From positions 96,001 to 160,000 of the IMG/VR virus record IMGVR_UViG_3300021185_003351: a DNA stretch of 64,000 bases; one strand, given 5' to 3'. This DNA is from a virus. Of this stretch, positions 38,343 through 47,862 are shown in pieces. Within the stretch, counting starts at the first letter, position 1; each line of letters opens with the position of its first letter. The notes under the pieces are model-generated. The model searched no databases, was not told where the DNA came from, and saw only the letters and a program-made list of their open reading frames with translations. A program made the translations under genes and the position numbers.

Positions 38343-39256
38343 TAAATGTAAAGATACATTATTTAATTATGCCATGGCAAATTGATTATGCACAACAATC
38401 ATATATACAATTTAAAAAATCAAAGTATTATTTATCAGATGATGTTAATATTACAATTGATACTCATTTAAATCTTTCTAGTTTTATAATTGATTGGAAC
38501 AATACCAAAATTCCTAAACAATACTTTATAGATAAATTTAAAAGTTTAGAACCATTATTATCTGATTATACTCATAATTCAATAATATATGATGGACAAG
38601 ATAATTATGGATTGTTTGATATGCAAAAAGCTGCAATTGGTAATTATGATTATTATATACCAGTTTGTCCAGATATATATTTTTCAGAAACATTATTATA
38701 TTATTTAATTGAATCAGCTAGAATAGTCACAAATAAATATTTTGTTATAACGCCAGAAATTCCTAAAATGTGGGATGCATCATGGGATGTATTAACAAGT
38801 AAACAATATATTAATACAGACAGAAGTAGTTGGATAACTTCAGATATATTTGACATACGACATGATACTAAAACATTAAATAACGAAAGAAAATTAGATG
38901 TTGTTAATCAACACAAATGGGCTATATGGTTTGATTTATATAATAAAGAATTTTATGAAAATCTATGTCCATTACATGATGATTGGATAGGATATGGCCC
39001 ATGGGACTGGTATTCAAATATGTTATCGCAACATGCAAAGAATATAGGAGTTGATATGCAACAATTTGTTTTGCGTGGAGAAATAATTAGTGAATATCAA
39101 ACAGGTCCATTGCGGGATATTGGATTTGATGAACATTACAAAAAATATTTTAATATTAAAACTGGCGCTAAGAATCAAAGAGATTTATTTGAAAAAAATA
39201 TGAATTTACATTTAGAACGTGGTATGAATATGTTAAAAGAAAAGAATATTATATGA
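38339..39256 (+). CDS. Putative GT-A-like protein
   Basis: CPD, GYGPWD motifs; within the glycan locus. Confidence 0.5.
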   Translation: MINVKIHYLIMPWQIDYAQQSYIQFKKSKYYLSDDVNITIDTHLNLSSFIIDWNNTKIPKQYFIDKFKSLEPLLSDYTHNSIIYDGQDNYGLFDMQKAAIGNYDYYIPVCPDIYFSETLLYYLIESARIVTNKYFVITPEIPKMWDASWDVLTSKQYINTDRSSWITSDIFDIRHDTKTLNNERKLDVVNQHKWAIWFDLYNKEFYENLCPLHDDWIGYGPWDWYSNMLSQHAKNIGVDMQQFVLRGEIISEYQTGPLRDIGFDEHYKKYFNIKTGAKNQRDLFEKNMNLHLERGMNMLKEKNII

Positions 39257-40233
39257 AAATAGCATTCATAACAGAAATGGGATTTGAAGGTTATATTGAA
39301 CAATCACATCCTAATATGAGAACTGAATTTGCTTGGATGTATGCATTACATTCAAATCATATACCATTGTCTAAATATAATGAAGTATCTGATTATGATC
39401 ATGTATTTATAATATTTCCAAAAGGAAAATTAAATGTTAACGCTGAAGGAAGTGTTATTGGAAATCAATCTAATCCAGCATCTCACTACTTAAAATCTAA
39501 TCTTATTCAAAAATTAAAGTCATGTAATAAAAAAGTATATTATGTTCAAGAAGGACCAACCTGGTGGTTTACCGATTATGAAGTAGAAGATCAAATATTA
39601 TTTTATAACATGTTATCTTCTGTGGATGCTATATATGCTCACAATGAATATGATATGAAATTTTATCGAGGACTTATTCCAGGACAAAATGTTCAATGTA
39701 TTTCTACTTTAATGATTGAAGAATGGATACAAGAGATTGTTCCTCAGACAGAAAACAAAGTTTTAATTGGAGGAAATTTTGCTAGATGGTATAATGGATT
39801 TCAAAGTTATTTGGTTGCATCTGAGTTTGGAGTTCCAATATGGACTCAAGAATCTCATGCAAAAAGAATCAATGAGGATCAAATAGAAAATTTAAATCAT
39901 TTTCCTAGGATGTTGTGGAATCAATGGATGCAAGAAGTTTCTAAATTCAAATATGCAGTTCATTTAATGCCAACTATCGCTGCAGGAACATTTAGTTTAA
40001 ATTGTGCGTATTTTGGAATTCCTTGTATAGGAAATAACAATGTCGACACTCAAAAAATATGTCATCCAGAATTATGCGTCGACGTTGATGATATAGAATC
40101 AGCTAGACAATTAGCAATTCGATTACGAGATGATTCTGAATTTTATAAAAAGTGTAGCATGGAAGCAAATAAAAACTATAAACAATATTATAATATAAAA
40201 GCATGGAAGAAAAAAATATACGACACACTGTAA
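39253..40233 (+). CDS. Putative GT-B glycosyltransferase
   Basis: MKIAF start, AAGTFSLNCAYFGIPCIG. Confidence 0.6.
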   Translation: MKIAFITEMGFEGYIEQSHPNMRTEFAWMYALHSNHIPLSKYNEVSDYDHVFIIFPKGKLNVNAEGSVIGNQSNPASHYLKSNLIQKLKSCNKKVYYVQEGPTWWFTDYEVEDQILFYNMLSSVDAIYAHNEYDMKFYRGLIPGQNVQCISTLMIEEWIQEIVPQTENKVLIGGNFARWYNGFQSYLVASEFGVPIWTQESHAKRINEDQIENLNHFPRMLWNQWMQEVSKFKYAVHLMPTIAAGTFSLNCAYFGIPCIGNNNVDTQKICHPELCVDVDDIESARQLAIRLRDDSEFYKKCSMEANKNYKQYYNIKAWKKKIYDTL

Positions 40234-41258
40234 TAGTACCTAGTTATAATACTCTAGAGCATTTAAAAAATACATATAAAAGTTTACTGTTATATAGTAA
40301 CAATGTAGATATTATTTTAATTGATGATGCATCAAAAGATGGAACTGCAGAATGGTTTAAAACTATCAAAGAATTAAATGTTAAAACTATAGTTTCATCA
40401 ACTAGAAAAGGACATACATATTGGTATGATGAAGGTATGAGATTGTCAAAAACAGATATAGTTTCAATTTTACACTCAGATATGATAATAGGTCCATGTT
40501 ATTTTGAAAATATGTTACGTCATTTAGAACCCGGTCGAGTTGTTTGTTCTACAAGAATTGAACCTCCAATACATCCTGCAGGAAAAGAAAAGATTGTTAA
40601 AGATTTTGGTGATGAAGCTGACACTTTTAATTGGAATGCTTTTGAATCATTTTGTAATGAGGAACGAACATTAAAATTTGGTGAAACTACTAGAGGTATA
40701 TTTGCTCCATGGATGCTTTATAAGGAAGATCATCTATCGATCGGAGGACATGATCAAGGATTTGCACCATATGGGTATGAAGACTCTGATATATTCAATA
40801 GATGGATATTAGCTGGTTATGAAATGATACAAGCTCGTGATTCATTATGTTATCATATGACTTGTAGAGGACATCGATGGAATGCTGGTGTAGGAATAGA
40901 AAACTCAGATTATCAAGAAACTATGAATAATGGTCGTAGACATTTTTTAAAGAAATGGGGGCATTGGATTAAAAATGATGAATATCAATATCCAATTATT
41001 AGTCCCGTTTATAATAAAAAACTAATAATTAATAATATTAATTCAGGATTAGAACAATTAAAAGACTGGTTTAATGACGGAGAAGATATTATAGTTGAAA
41101 TTGACGGAACTACATTTACTCAACAAGATTTTCAATATATATCTAATCTAAATGATATCATAGCAGATAGTGGCGAAATTGGAACATTTGAGCTAGGAAA
41201 TATCAAAGTTACTATTAATAATATTAAAGATTACTCAAAAGACCTAATTTTTTTATAG
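40203..41258 (+). CDS. GT2 glycosyltransferase
   Basis: VPSYN, IDDAS.DGT, HSDM, GGHD, EDSD. Confidence 0.85.
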   Translation: MEEKNIRHTVIVPSYNTLEHLKNTYKSLLLYSNNVDIILIDDASKDGTAEWFKTIKELNVKTIVSSTRKGHTYWYDEGMRLSKTDIVSILHSDMIIGPCYFENMLRHLEPGRVVCSTRIEPPIHPAGKEKIVKDFGDEADTFNWNAFESFCNEERTLKFGETTRGIFAPWMLYKEDHLSIGGHDQGFAPYGYEDSDIFNRWILAGYEMIQARDSLCYHMTCRGHRWNAGVGIENSDYQETMNNGRRHFLKKWGHWIKNDEYQYPIISPVYNKKLIINNINSGLEQLKDWFNDGEDIIVEIDGTTFTQQDFQYISNLNDIIADSGEIGTFELGNIKVTINNIKDYSKDLIFL

Positions 41259-41274
41259 TTATTGTTACTTTAAC

Positions 41275-41283
41275 ATATTTATT
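41275..41283 (+). promoter_or_regulatory. ATATTTATT putative late promoter of the lysis operon
   Basis: One-mismatch copy of the recurrent 9-mer. Confidence 0.45.
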
Positions 41284-41297
41284 TTAAAAGGTAAATA

Positions 41298-42215
41298 ATG
41301 TTATTAAAGAAAGGATCAAAAGGTCCAGAAGTTAAAAAACTACAAGAAGCATTAGGATTATCTGCAGATGGAATATTTGGTGGAGGTACTAAATTAGCTG
41401 TAATAAAATTTCAATCAAATAATGGATTAAATGCAGATGGTATAGTAGGACCTTCAACATGGGAAGTTATTGGTATCGATACAGATCAAACTAGTGCAGC
41501 AGAAGAATCAGAATATACAACTAAAGACGGTTTAGTTATAGATAGAGAATATCTAGATAAAGACGAATATGTAAGAGATTATGGTAAAATAGAACCATTA
41601 GGATTCTTTATTCATCACACTGCAGGATGGGATAATCCTTATAAAACAATACGTGGATGGAACCGAGATACAAGAGGTAGAGTAGCTACACAATATTGTA
41701 TTGGCGGCACTAATGTAAAAGGTAAAGCAGCACCCCATGACGGACAAGTAGTAGAATGTTTTCCAAATAACTATTTAGGATGGCATTTAGGTAAAGTAGG
41801 TGGATTTGATATTTCTAAATTTTCAGGAGGTGTTGAATTAAATAATTTTGGTTATTTAAAAAAGAAAGATGGTAAGTATTATACTTATGTTAACACGGAA
41901 GTAAAACCAGAATATGTTTGTGATTTAGGATATAAATTTAGAGGCCATCAATATTGGCACGCTTATTCCGACAAACAAATAGAAAGTTTAAGACTGCTTA
42001 TTTTACATTTAAAAGATATTTATCCTAAAATGGACTTAGAAAATGGTATTCCTAAAATGTTAAAAGAAGGAGTACACCCAAAAGAAGCATTTGAATTTAA
42101 TGAAGATGCTTATAATGCAAAACAATTTGGGTTATGGTCACACACATCTGTAAGAAAAGACAAGTTTGATTGTTTCCCTCAACCAGAATTAGTAGAAATG
42201 TTAAAAAATATATAA
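41298..42215 (+). CDS. Endolysin: peptidoglycan-binding domain + N-acetylmuramoyl-L-alanine amidase
   Basis: LKKGSKG..V..LQ..L, DGIFG..T, DGIVGP.TW; IHHTAG, WH, GVEL, H...KFD. Confidence 0.88.
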   Translation: MLLKKGSKGPEVKKLQEALGLSADGIFGGGTKLAVIKFQSNNGLNADGIVGPSTWEVIGIDTDQTSAAEESEYTTKDGLVIDREYLDKDEYVRDYGKIEPLGFFIHHTAGWDNPYKTIRGWNRDTRGRVATQYCIGGTNVKGKAAPHDGQVVECFPNNYLGWHLGKVGGFDISKFSGGVELNNFGYLKKKDGKYYTYVNTEVKPEYVCDLGYKFRGHQYWHAYSDKQIESLRLLILHLKDIYPKMDLENGIPKMLKEGVHPKEAFEFNEDAYNAKQFGLWSHTSVRKDKFDCFPQPELVEMLKNI

Positions 42216-42237
42216 AAATAAAAAATAGGTTACTATT

Positions 42238-42525
42238 ATGAATAAGTTACTTCTAAAATTAAGAAGGAAGATTATGGCCTTTAGAGACATGTTTAAAGAC
42301 GATAATGATATTAATGAGAAAAATGTAGTTGGATTTGCTGCATTTGCAGTAATGGTAATATTTGCAATTGCAGATATTGTTACTGGATATATGGGAGAAC
42401 CATTACATGTAAATGAATTCATATATAATTCGTTTTTATGGATTACCTTAGGTAGTTTTGGTATAGCTGAAGCCGGTAAGATATTAGGAAAATCAAACTC
42501 AGATGATGATCATGAAAATATTTAA
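42238..42525 (+). CDS. Putative holin (2 TM)
   Basis: Two hydrophobic helices directly after the endolysin; alternative ATG at 42274. Confidence 0.5.
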   Translation: MNKLLLKLRRKIMAFRDMFKDDNDINEKNVVGFAAFAVMVIFAIADIVTGYMGEPLHVNEFIYNSFLWITLGSFGIAEAGKILGKSNSDDDHENI

Positions 42526-45500
42526 GTATTTATTAATTACTCTATTTAGTCTTATTGTATACAATAGTAATGCCCAAAATTTAACATTCGGTTGCACAGA
42601 TCCAGCTGCAGCTAATTATGATCCAAATGCAGACCAACCATTAGAAGGATTAGTTGAAGCATCATCATGTAATTTTGTTTGGTTCCAAAATTATGTAGGA
42701 ATCAATGAAGCATTTTATAATGATTACAGTAGCGAATTTGCAGTTGGTACTAAAATTACATTTGCTGGACAAGAATATTGGATAGATGCTGTAGCATTTC
42801 ATAGCAATTGTAATGCTGGAGTAGCGTTAGTATATGTTGCTAATTCTCCTGGCCAAGCAGATGGCAATGAATGGACTATAGGTGGAATGCTTAACGGTCC
42901 TATCTTTTCAGGATCTCCATGGAGCATAACAGAATGTTTTTATAATCCTGGCTGTATGGATGATGATTATATAGAATATGATCCAAATGCAGATTGGGAT
43001 GATGGTAGTTGTCAAACTTTAAAAGTATTCGGATGTACAAATCCTAATTCTATTAATTATAATCCTTGGGCTAATACTGATGACGGTTCTTGTATAGCTG
43101 ATTTAAATTGTGGATTTGATTCAATAGAAATTAAAGTAACAATAAAAGTAGATAATTGGCCCGGCGAAACTAGTTGGTATTTACAACATACCAATCCAAC
43201 TCAAAATTTAACAGATACAGTTTTTTATGCTCAAAGAGGAACTTATGGTTGGGGACAACAAGGACAAACAATTGTAACTAAATTTTGCGCTCCAGCTGGT
43301 CCAAATCATTTATTACAATTTGTATTGCAAGATTCATATGGTGATGGTATAAGAGGTTCTCAACCACCAACTAATAGTGGATTTTGTTTAGTTGAAAATA
43401 TGTCTTGTCCGGATACTATATTTTATATGTCTGAAGGAGATGCCGATTTTGGTTATATAACTACTAGTGACCCAAATTATTGGAGTCAAAGAGAACAATA
43501 TTGCGGTGGACCTCTAATAGACGGATGCACAGATCCATCATATCAAGAATATGATTCATTAGCAACAAATAATGATGGCAGTTGTCAAAATCTTCATGTA
43601 TATGGTTGTATGGATACGTCGGCAATTAATTACAATCCTAATCATACTGCGTGGGATAATATTGAAACATGCGAATATAGAATTATATTAGAAGACGATG
43701 GTGGAGATGGTTGGGGAGAAAGCTTTGTTGGAATTAAACAAGGAGATTCTTTATGGGACTTTAGATTAGGTCCTGGTACATATGTAGATACATTTTATTT
43801 ACATTTTATAGTAGAAGATAATCCAAGCCTACAAGAAGAAGTTGAACTGTATTATTTTGAGATAGGTGACGGTCAACAAAATTCTCAACAAATAGATATT
43901 CAAACAATACAGAACTCAGTTAAAATAGAAAATGATTATGGTATTTTAATACATGAAGGAAATTTTCCATGGGCTAATGGCAATAAGCTCAAAAAGTTTA
44001 ATACTGTAGCAGATGTTTATACCGCAATACCATTTTGTGGGTATGTATGTACTCCTAAGATATATGGTTGTATGGACTCAACATCATTAAATTATAATCC
44101 AGACGCCAATGTTGATAATGGTACCTGTATTCCTATTATATATGGATGTACTAATCCATTAGCATTTAATTATGATTCAACTGCAACAATAGATGATGGA
44201 AGTTGTGTTGCCGTAGTAAATGGGTGCATGGATCCAAATGCATGGAACTATAATTCAAATGCTAACACAGATGATGGAAGCTGTATTTATCTAGGATGTA
44301 CAGATGTAACTGCTTGTAACTATGATTCAATAGCAAATGTTGATAATGGTGGTTGTATGTACCCTGCTCAATATTATGATTGCAATTACGTTTGTTTAGA
44401 AGACACAGATGGAGATGGTATTTGCGATTCATTAGAGATACCAGGATGTATGAATCCACTTTCAATAAATTATAATCCTAATGCAACTGATGACGATGGT
44501 TCATGTATACCTTATATATATGGTTGTACCGACTCAACCGCATTTAATTATAATCCATTGGCAAACACAGATGATGGTAGCTGTATTCCTATTGTAACGG
44601 GGTGTACAGACCCTACCATGTTCAATTATGATCCAAATGCTAACACAGATAATGGTAGTTGTATACCTATTGTATACGGTTGCACAGACCCAACATCATT
44701 TAATTATAATCCTAATGCTAACACAGATAATGGATCTTGCGTTCCATATATTTACGGCTGTATGGATTCAACTTCATTGAACTATGATCCAAATGCAAAT
44801 GTTGATAACGGAACTTGTATACCATTTATTTATGGTTGTATGGATAATACAATGTTTAATTATGATTCAACTGCAACTGTTGATAATGGCTCATGTATAC
44901 CATTTATTTATGGTTGTACTGATTCGACAGCATTTAACTATGATCCTTTAGCTAATACCGATAATGGAACTTGTATTCCTGTAATATATGGTTGTACAGA
45001 TCCAAGTGCATTTAATTATAATCCTTTAGCTAATACAGAAGATTTTAGTTGTATACCTGTAATATATGGTTGTACAGATTCATTAGCTGTAAATTATGAT
45101 CCTGCAGCAAATGTAGATAATGGTTCTTGTATAACTGCAGTTCCTGGTTGTACAGATCCAAATGCTTATAATTATAATCCTAATGCAAACGTTCCTGACT
45201 CAGCTTCATGTTTATATGATGCCGGTTGTATTACCGGACCAGGTAATCCATATTGGTTAAATGATGATTGCTATGCTTGGGTCATTAATATAGATCCTTA
45301 TTGTTGTACGGTAGGATGGGATGCGAATTGTCAAAACACATATGACTATTGTGCTGCTAATAGTGGATGGGTTGGTATTGAAGATTTGGTATATGATGGA
45401 GCAGTAGCAATTTATCCAAATCCAACCACCGGAGAAATAAATATAGCAAGTTCAAGATTTAAAAATATTATTGTAACTATATATTCAGTTTCCGGTCAGA

Positions 45501-45619
45501 TAGTTGTTAATGAAACAAATGATAATGTTATTGATATAAGTCACTTAGAAGATGGAGTTTATTTTATGAACGTGAAAGTAGGGGAATTAACTTATATTAG
45601 AAAGGTAATCAAACAATGA
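42512..45619 (+). CDS. Secreted Cys/Asp-rich repeat protein with T9SS type A C-terminal sorting domain
   Basis: Signal peptide ending SNA|Q; ~19 GC(T/M)DxxAxNYxxxAxxDxGSC repeats; C-terminus IYPNPT...IDISHLEDGVYFMNV...RKVIKQ. Confidence 0.85.
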   Translation: MKIFKYLLITLFSLIVYNSNAQNLTFGCTDPAAANYDPNADQPLEGLVEASSCNFVWFQNYVGINEAFYNDYSSEFAVGTKITFAGQEYWIDAVAFHSNCNAGVALVYVANSPGQADGNEWTIGGMLNGPIFSGSPWSITECFYNPGCMDDDYIEYDPNADWDDGSCQTLKVFGCTNPNSINYNPWANTDDGSCIADLNCGFDSIEIKVTIKVDNWPGETSWYLQHTNPTQNLTDTVFYAQRGTYGWGQQGQTIVTKFCAPAGPNHLLQFVLQDSYGDGIRGSQPPTNSGFCLVENMSCPDTIFYMSEGDADFGYITTSDPNYWSQREQYCGGPLIDGCTDPSYQEYDSLATNNDGSCQNLHVYGCMDTSAINYNPNHTAWDNIETCEYRIILEDDGGDGWGESFVGIKQGDSLWDFRLGPGTYVDTFYLHFIVEDNPSLQEEVELYYFEIGDGQQNSQQIDIQTIQNSVKIENDYGILIHEGNFPWANGNKLKKFNTVADVYTAIPFCGYVCTPKIYGCMDSTSLNYNPDANVDNGTCIPIIYGCTNPLAFNYDSTATIDDGSCVAVVNGCMDPNAWNYNSNANTDDGSCIYLGCTDVTACNYDSIANVDNGGCMYPAQYYDCNYVCLEDTDGDGICDSLEIPGCMNPLSINYNPNATDDDGSCIPYIYGCTDSTAFNYNPLANTDDGSCIPIVTGCTDPTMFNYDPNANTDNGSCIPIVYGCTDPTSFNYNPNANTDNGSCVPYIYGCMDSTSLNYDPNANVDNGTCIPFIYGCMDNTMFNYDSTATVDNGSCIPFIYGCTDSTAFNYDPLANTDNGTCIPVIYGCTDPSAFNYNPLANTEDFSCIPVIYGCTDSLAVNYDPAANVDNGSCITAVPGCTDPNAYNYNPNANVPDSASCLYDAGCITGPGNPYWLNDDCYAWVINIDPYCCTVGWDANCQNTYDYCAANSGWVGIEDLVYDGAVAIYPNPTTGEINIASSRFKNIIVTIYSVSGQIVVNETNDNVIDISHLEDGVYFMNVKVGELTYIRKVIKQ
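44066..45211 (+). repeat. Tandem ~78-bp (26-aa) coding repeats, about 14 copies
   Basis: Repeated GC(T/M)D...NY...A..D.G(S/T)C units; degenerate at the DNA level. Confidence 0.85.
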
Positions 45620-46740
45620 TTAGACATTTATTATTAATATTAACTTTAGTACCAACTATTTTATTTAGCCAATTCACAGTAACTACTAGTACTAAATCTT
45701 GGGATAAAGAAAAAGAAAAATGGAAGCCGTTTGAAGACTTTGACAAAAAATTTAAGAAGGCAATTAAATTTGCTACTTTCTATGGCGCATTTAATGGTAA
45801 CAATAGTATTGCAGATGTAGACGTATTTTCAGTTAATACAGGACAATTAATTACTAAAACAAATGAAACTCCATTTGATTATTCCATTGTAGCCGGCGTT
45901 AGAAAAATTGCAAGATTTGGATATGAAAATAGACAATCTGTATTTTATAATGGAACAGAACATTCGTATGCAGATGCAGCTACAATAGGTAAGGTATCTG
46001 GATTTGAATTTTTATTTGAAGTAGATTGGAAGCGAAGATTTGGAAATACCTTTTTAGATCAACAGCATTTTTTAAGATATGTAGCTGATCAATGGATTAT
46101 AAAAGTAGAATATATGCAGCAAGGTTTTGCTGATATAAAATATTTTGAGTCTTCACAAAGATATAGACAAAAAGTTGGAGATAAATTTTCTTGGAATATA
46201 GGTATAGTTCAAAGAATTTCAGAACCATATGGATATAATCCATTAGAAGAATTTATATTACCAAATGGTAGTTTACATTACACTTCATTAGCATTACAAG
46301 AAGGATATAATGTAGATTTTTTACCTGGAGGCGAAATAAATTATTTGAATCCAGAAGGAGAAGTAGTTGCAGATAATAGTATAATTTGGGAAGAAGTAGT
46401 TATACCTCAAGTATTATCTGATTATGTGGAAAGAAAGAAAAATGAAATACCACAACAATGGAATCATTCGTTGGTAATGGGATATGATTTTTATCATTAT
46501 ACTAAAACATTTTGGATACATTCTTGGGCAAGTGTAATGCCATTTCATTTAGAAACAGGTACTTATGCTTATCATAAATTTATAGCACCTAAGCAAACAT
46601 GGATAGACTTTGGTGGAGGATTCATTCTAGGAAATAGGATAAACAAACATTTAGGTATATTTATAGAGGGCAAGTATAACAAGTATTGGAATAGAAGATG
46701 GCATGATTTTAGTGTGGGATTGAATTACATAATTTTTTGA
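45616..46740 (+). CDS. Putative outer-membrane beta-barrel protein
   Basis: Signal peptide ending LFS|Q; aromatic alternating strands; C-terminal FSVGLNYIIF. Confidence 0.6.
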   Translation: MIRHLLLILTLVPTILFSQFTVTTSTKSWDKEKEKWKPFEDFDKKFKKAIKFATFYGAFNGNNSIADVDVFSVNTGQLITKTNETPFDYSIVAGVRKIARFGYENRQSVFYNGTEHSYADAATIGKVSGFEFLFEVDWKRRFGNTFLDQQHFLRYVADQWIIKVEYMQQGFADIKYFESSQRYRQKVGDKFSWNIGIVQRISEPYGYNPLEEFILPNGSLHYTSLALQEGYNVDFLPGGEINYLNPEGEVVADNSIIWEEVVIPQVLSDYVERKKNEIPQQWNHSLVMGYDFYHYTKTFWIHSWASVMPFHLETGTYAYHKFIAPKQTWIDFGGGFILGNRINKHLGIFIEGKYNKYWNRRWHDFSVGLNYIIF

Positions 46741-46748
46741 GAGATAAA

Positions 46749-47045
46749 ATGGCAACAGAATTAAATGAAGACACAGGTTTTAGAATAAGTATAAAAAGCT
46801 TAGTTGGAATAGGTGCCGGAATGGCAACAATTATTAGTATGTGGTTTGTATTACAAGCAGATATAGCAGAAGCAAAAGAGTTACCAGCACCTTTACCACC
46901 AGATGTTACTAGAATGGAATTTGATATGAAGGATCAATTGATTCGTCAAACAATTATGACTACACAAAAAGATGTAGAAGAAGTAAAAGAAGATATGAAA
47001 AGAATTGAGGAAAAGTTAGATAAGTTGATTGAAAAAAGGAGATAA
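46749..47045 (+). CDS. Single-TM protein with C-terminal coiled coil
   Basis: TM LVGIGAGMATIISMWFVL; heptads VEEVKEDMKRIEEKLDKL. Confidence 0.6.
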   Translation: MATELNEDTGFRISIKSLVGIGAGMATIISMWFVLQADIAEAKELPAPLPPDVTRMEFDMKDQLIRQTIMTTQKDVEEVKEDMKRIEEKLDKLIEKRR

Positions 47046-47047
47046 TC

Positions 47048-47374
47048 ATGAAAATGTTTTTAACAATAATAGGGTTATTTGTATCAACACTATGTTTTTC
47101 ACAAATACAAGTTATACAATTTAATGCAAATTGGAATAATGCTAATTCAGTAACTTGGTTAAATAAATTATCAGATTGTAAGACAGGTCAAGTAGACATT
47201 GTAACTGATAAAGCATCACAAGCAAAATATAAAATAATAGTAGTTCCGACCATAATAGTTTTCAACCAAGGCGAAGAAATAAAAAGATATCAAGCAAATA
47301 TCATGATGCAAATAGACGCCAAGTTAGAAGATATTCAAACAGTTGTAGATGAAACGGTAATGGAATCTTTCTAA
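47048..47374 (+). CDS. Secreted thioredoxin-fold protein lacking CxxC
   Basis: Signal peptide CFS|Q; FNANWNNAN in place of FxAxWCxxC; VPTIIVF..GEE..R. Confidence 0.7.
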   Translation: MKMFLTIIGLFVSTLCFSQIQVIQFNANWNNANSVTWLNKLSDCKTGQVDIVTDKASQAKYKIIVVPTIIVFNQGEEIKRYQANIMMQIDAKLEDIQTVVDETVMESF

Positions 47375-47829
47375 TGTATGAATATAAATGCACAGTAAAT
47401 AAAATAGTAGACGGAGATACGGTAGACGTAGATATAGATTTAGGATTTGGGATAGTACTAACTGACGAACGAGTTAGAATTATGGGAATCGATACTCCAG
47501 AATCAAGAACAAGAAATAAAATTGAAAAACTTTTTGGGTTAGCAGCAAAGAAACGATTAAAAGAACTTCTTTCAAAACATTGTGTTCTTAAAACAGAAAT
47601 CAATAAAGACGGCGAAGATATGAAAGGAAAGTTTGGAAGAGTACTAGGAGATTTTGTAGCAGCAGATGGTAGACTAGTAACTGACATAATGATAGAAGAA
47701 GGCCATGCAGTTGCATATCATGGGCAATCCAAAGATGACGTTCAAGTTGCACACTTAGAAAATAGAAAAAAATTATTAGCAGAAGGTATTATACTTCAAT
47801 CGGATATCAATAAAGTTTCAAAAAAATAG
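47374..47829 (+). CDS. Thermonuclease (SNase-like)
   Basis: VDGDTVD, R..GIDTPE, GKFGR.L, EGHA..Y. Confidence 0.88.
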   Translation: MYEYKCTVNKIVDGDTVDVDIDLGFGIVLTDERVRIMGIDTPESRTRNKIEKLFGLAAKKRLKELLSKHCVLKTEINKDGEDMKGKFGRVLGDFVAADGRLVTDIMIEEGHAVAYHGQSKDDVQVAHLENRKKLLAEGIILQSDINKVSKK

Positions 47830-47855
47830 GATATCTGTATATTTTTTCATATAAT
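47827..47855 (+). promoter_or_regulatory. TAGGAT-N17-TATAAT promoter
   Basis: One-mismatch variant, 17-nt spacer. Confidence 0.55.
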
Positions 47856-47862
47856 ATAATAT

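Noticed and set aside
26860-41258. Host capsule/O-antigen island misassembled into the contig
   Set aside because: Composition and overlap style match the flanks, the phage-type motif heads the locus, and wzx/wzy/ABC export genes are absent. Read-level confirmation is still advisable.
44066-45211. Regular ~78-bp periodicity as a CRISPR array
   Set aside because: The repeats are in-frame, degenerate at synonymous positions and encode a protein repeat; there is no identical repeat plus unique spacer structure.
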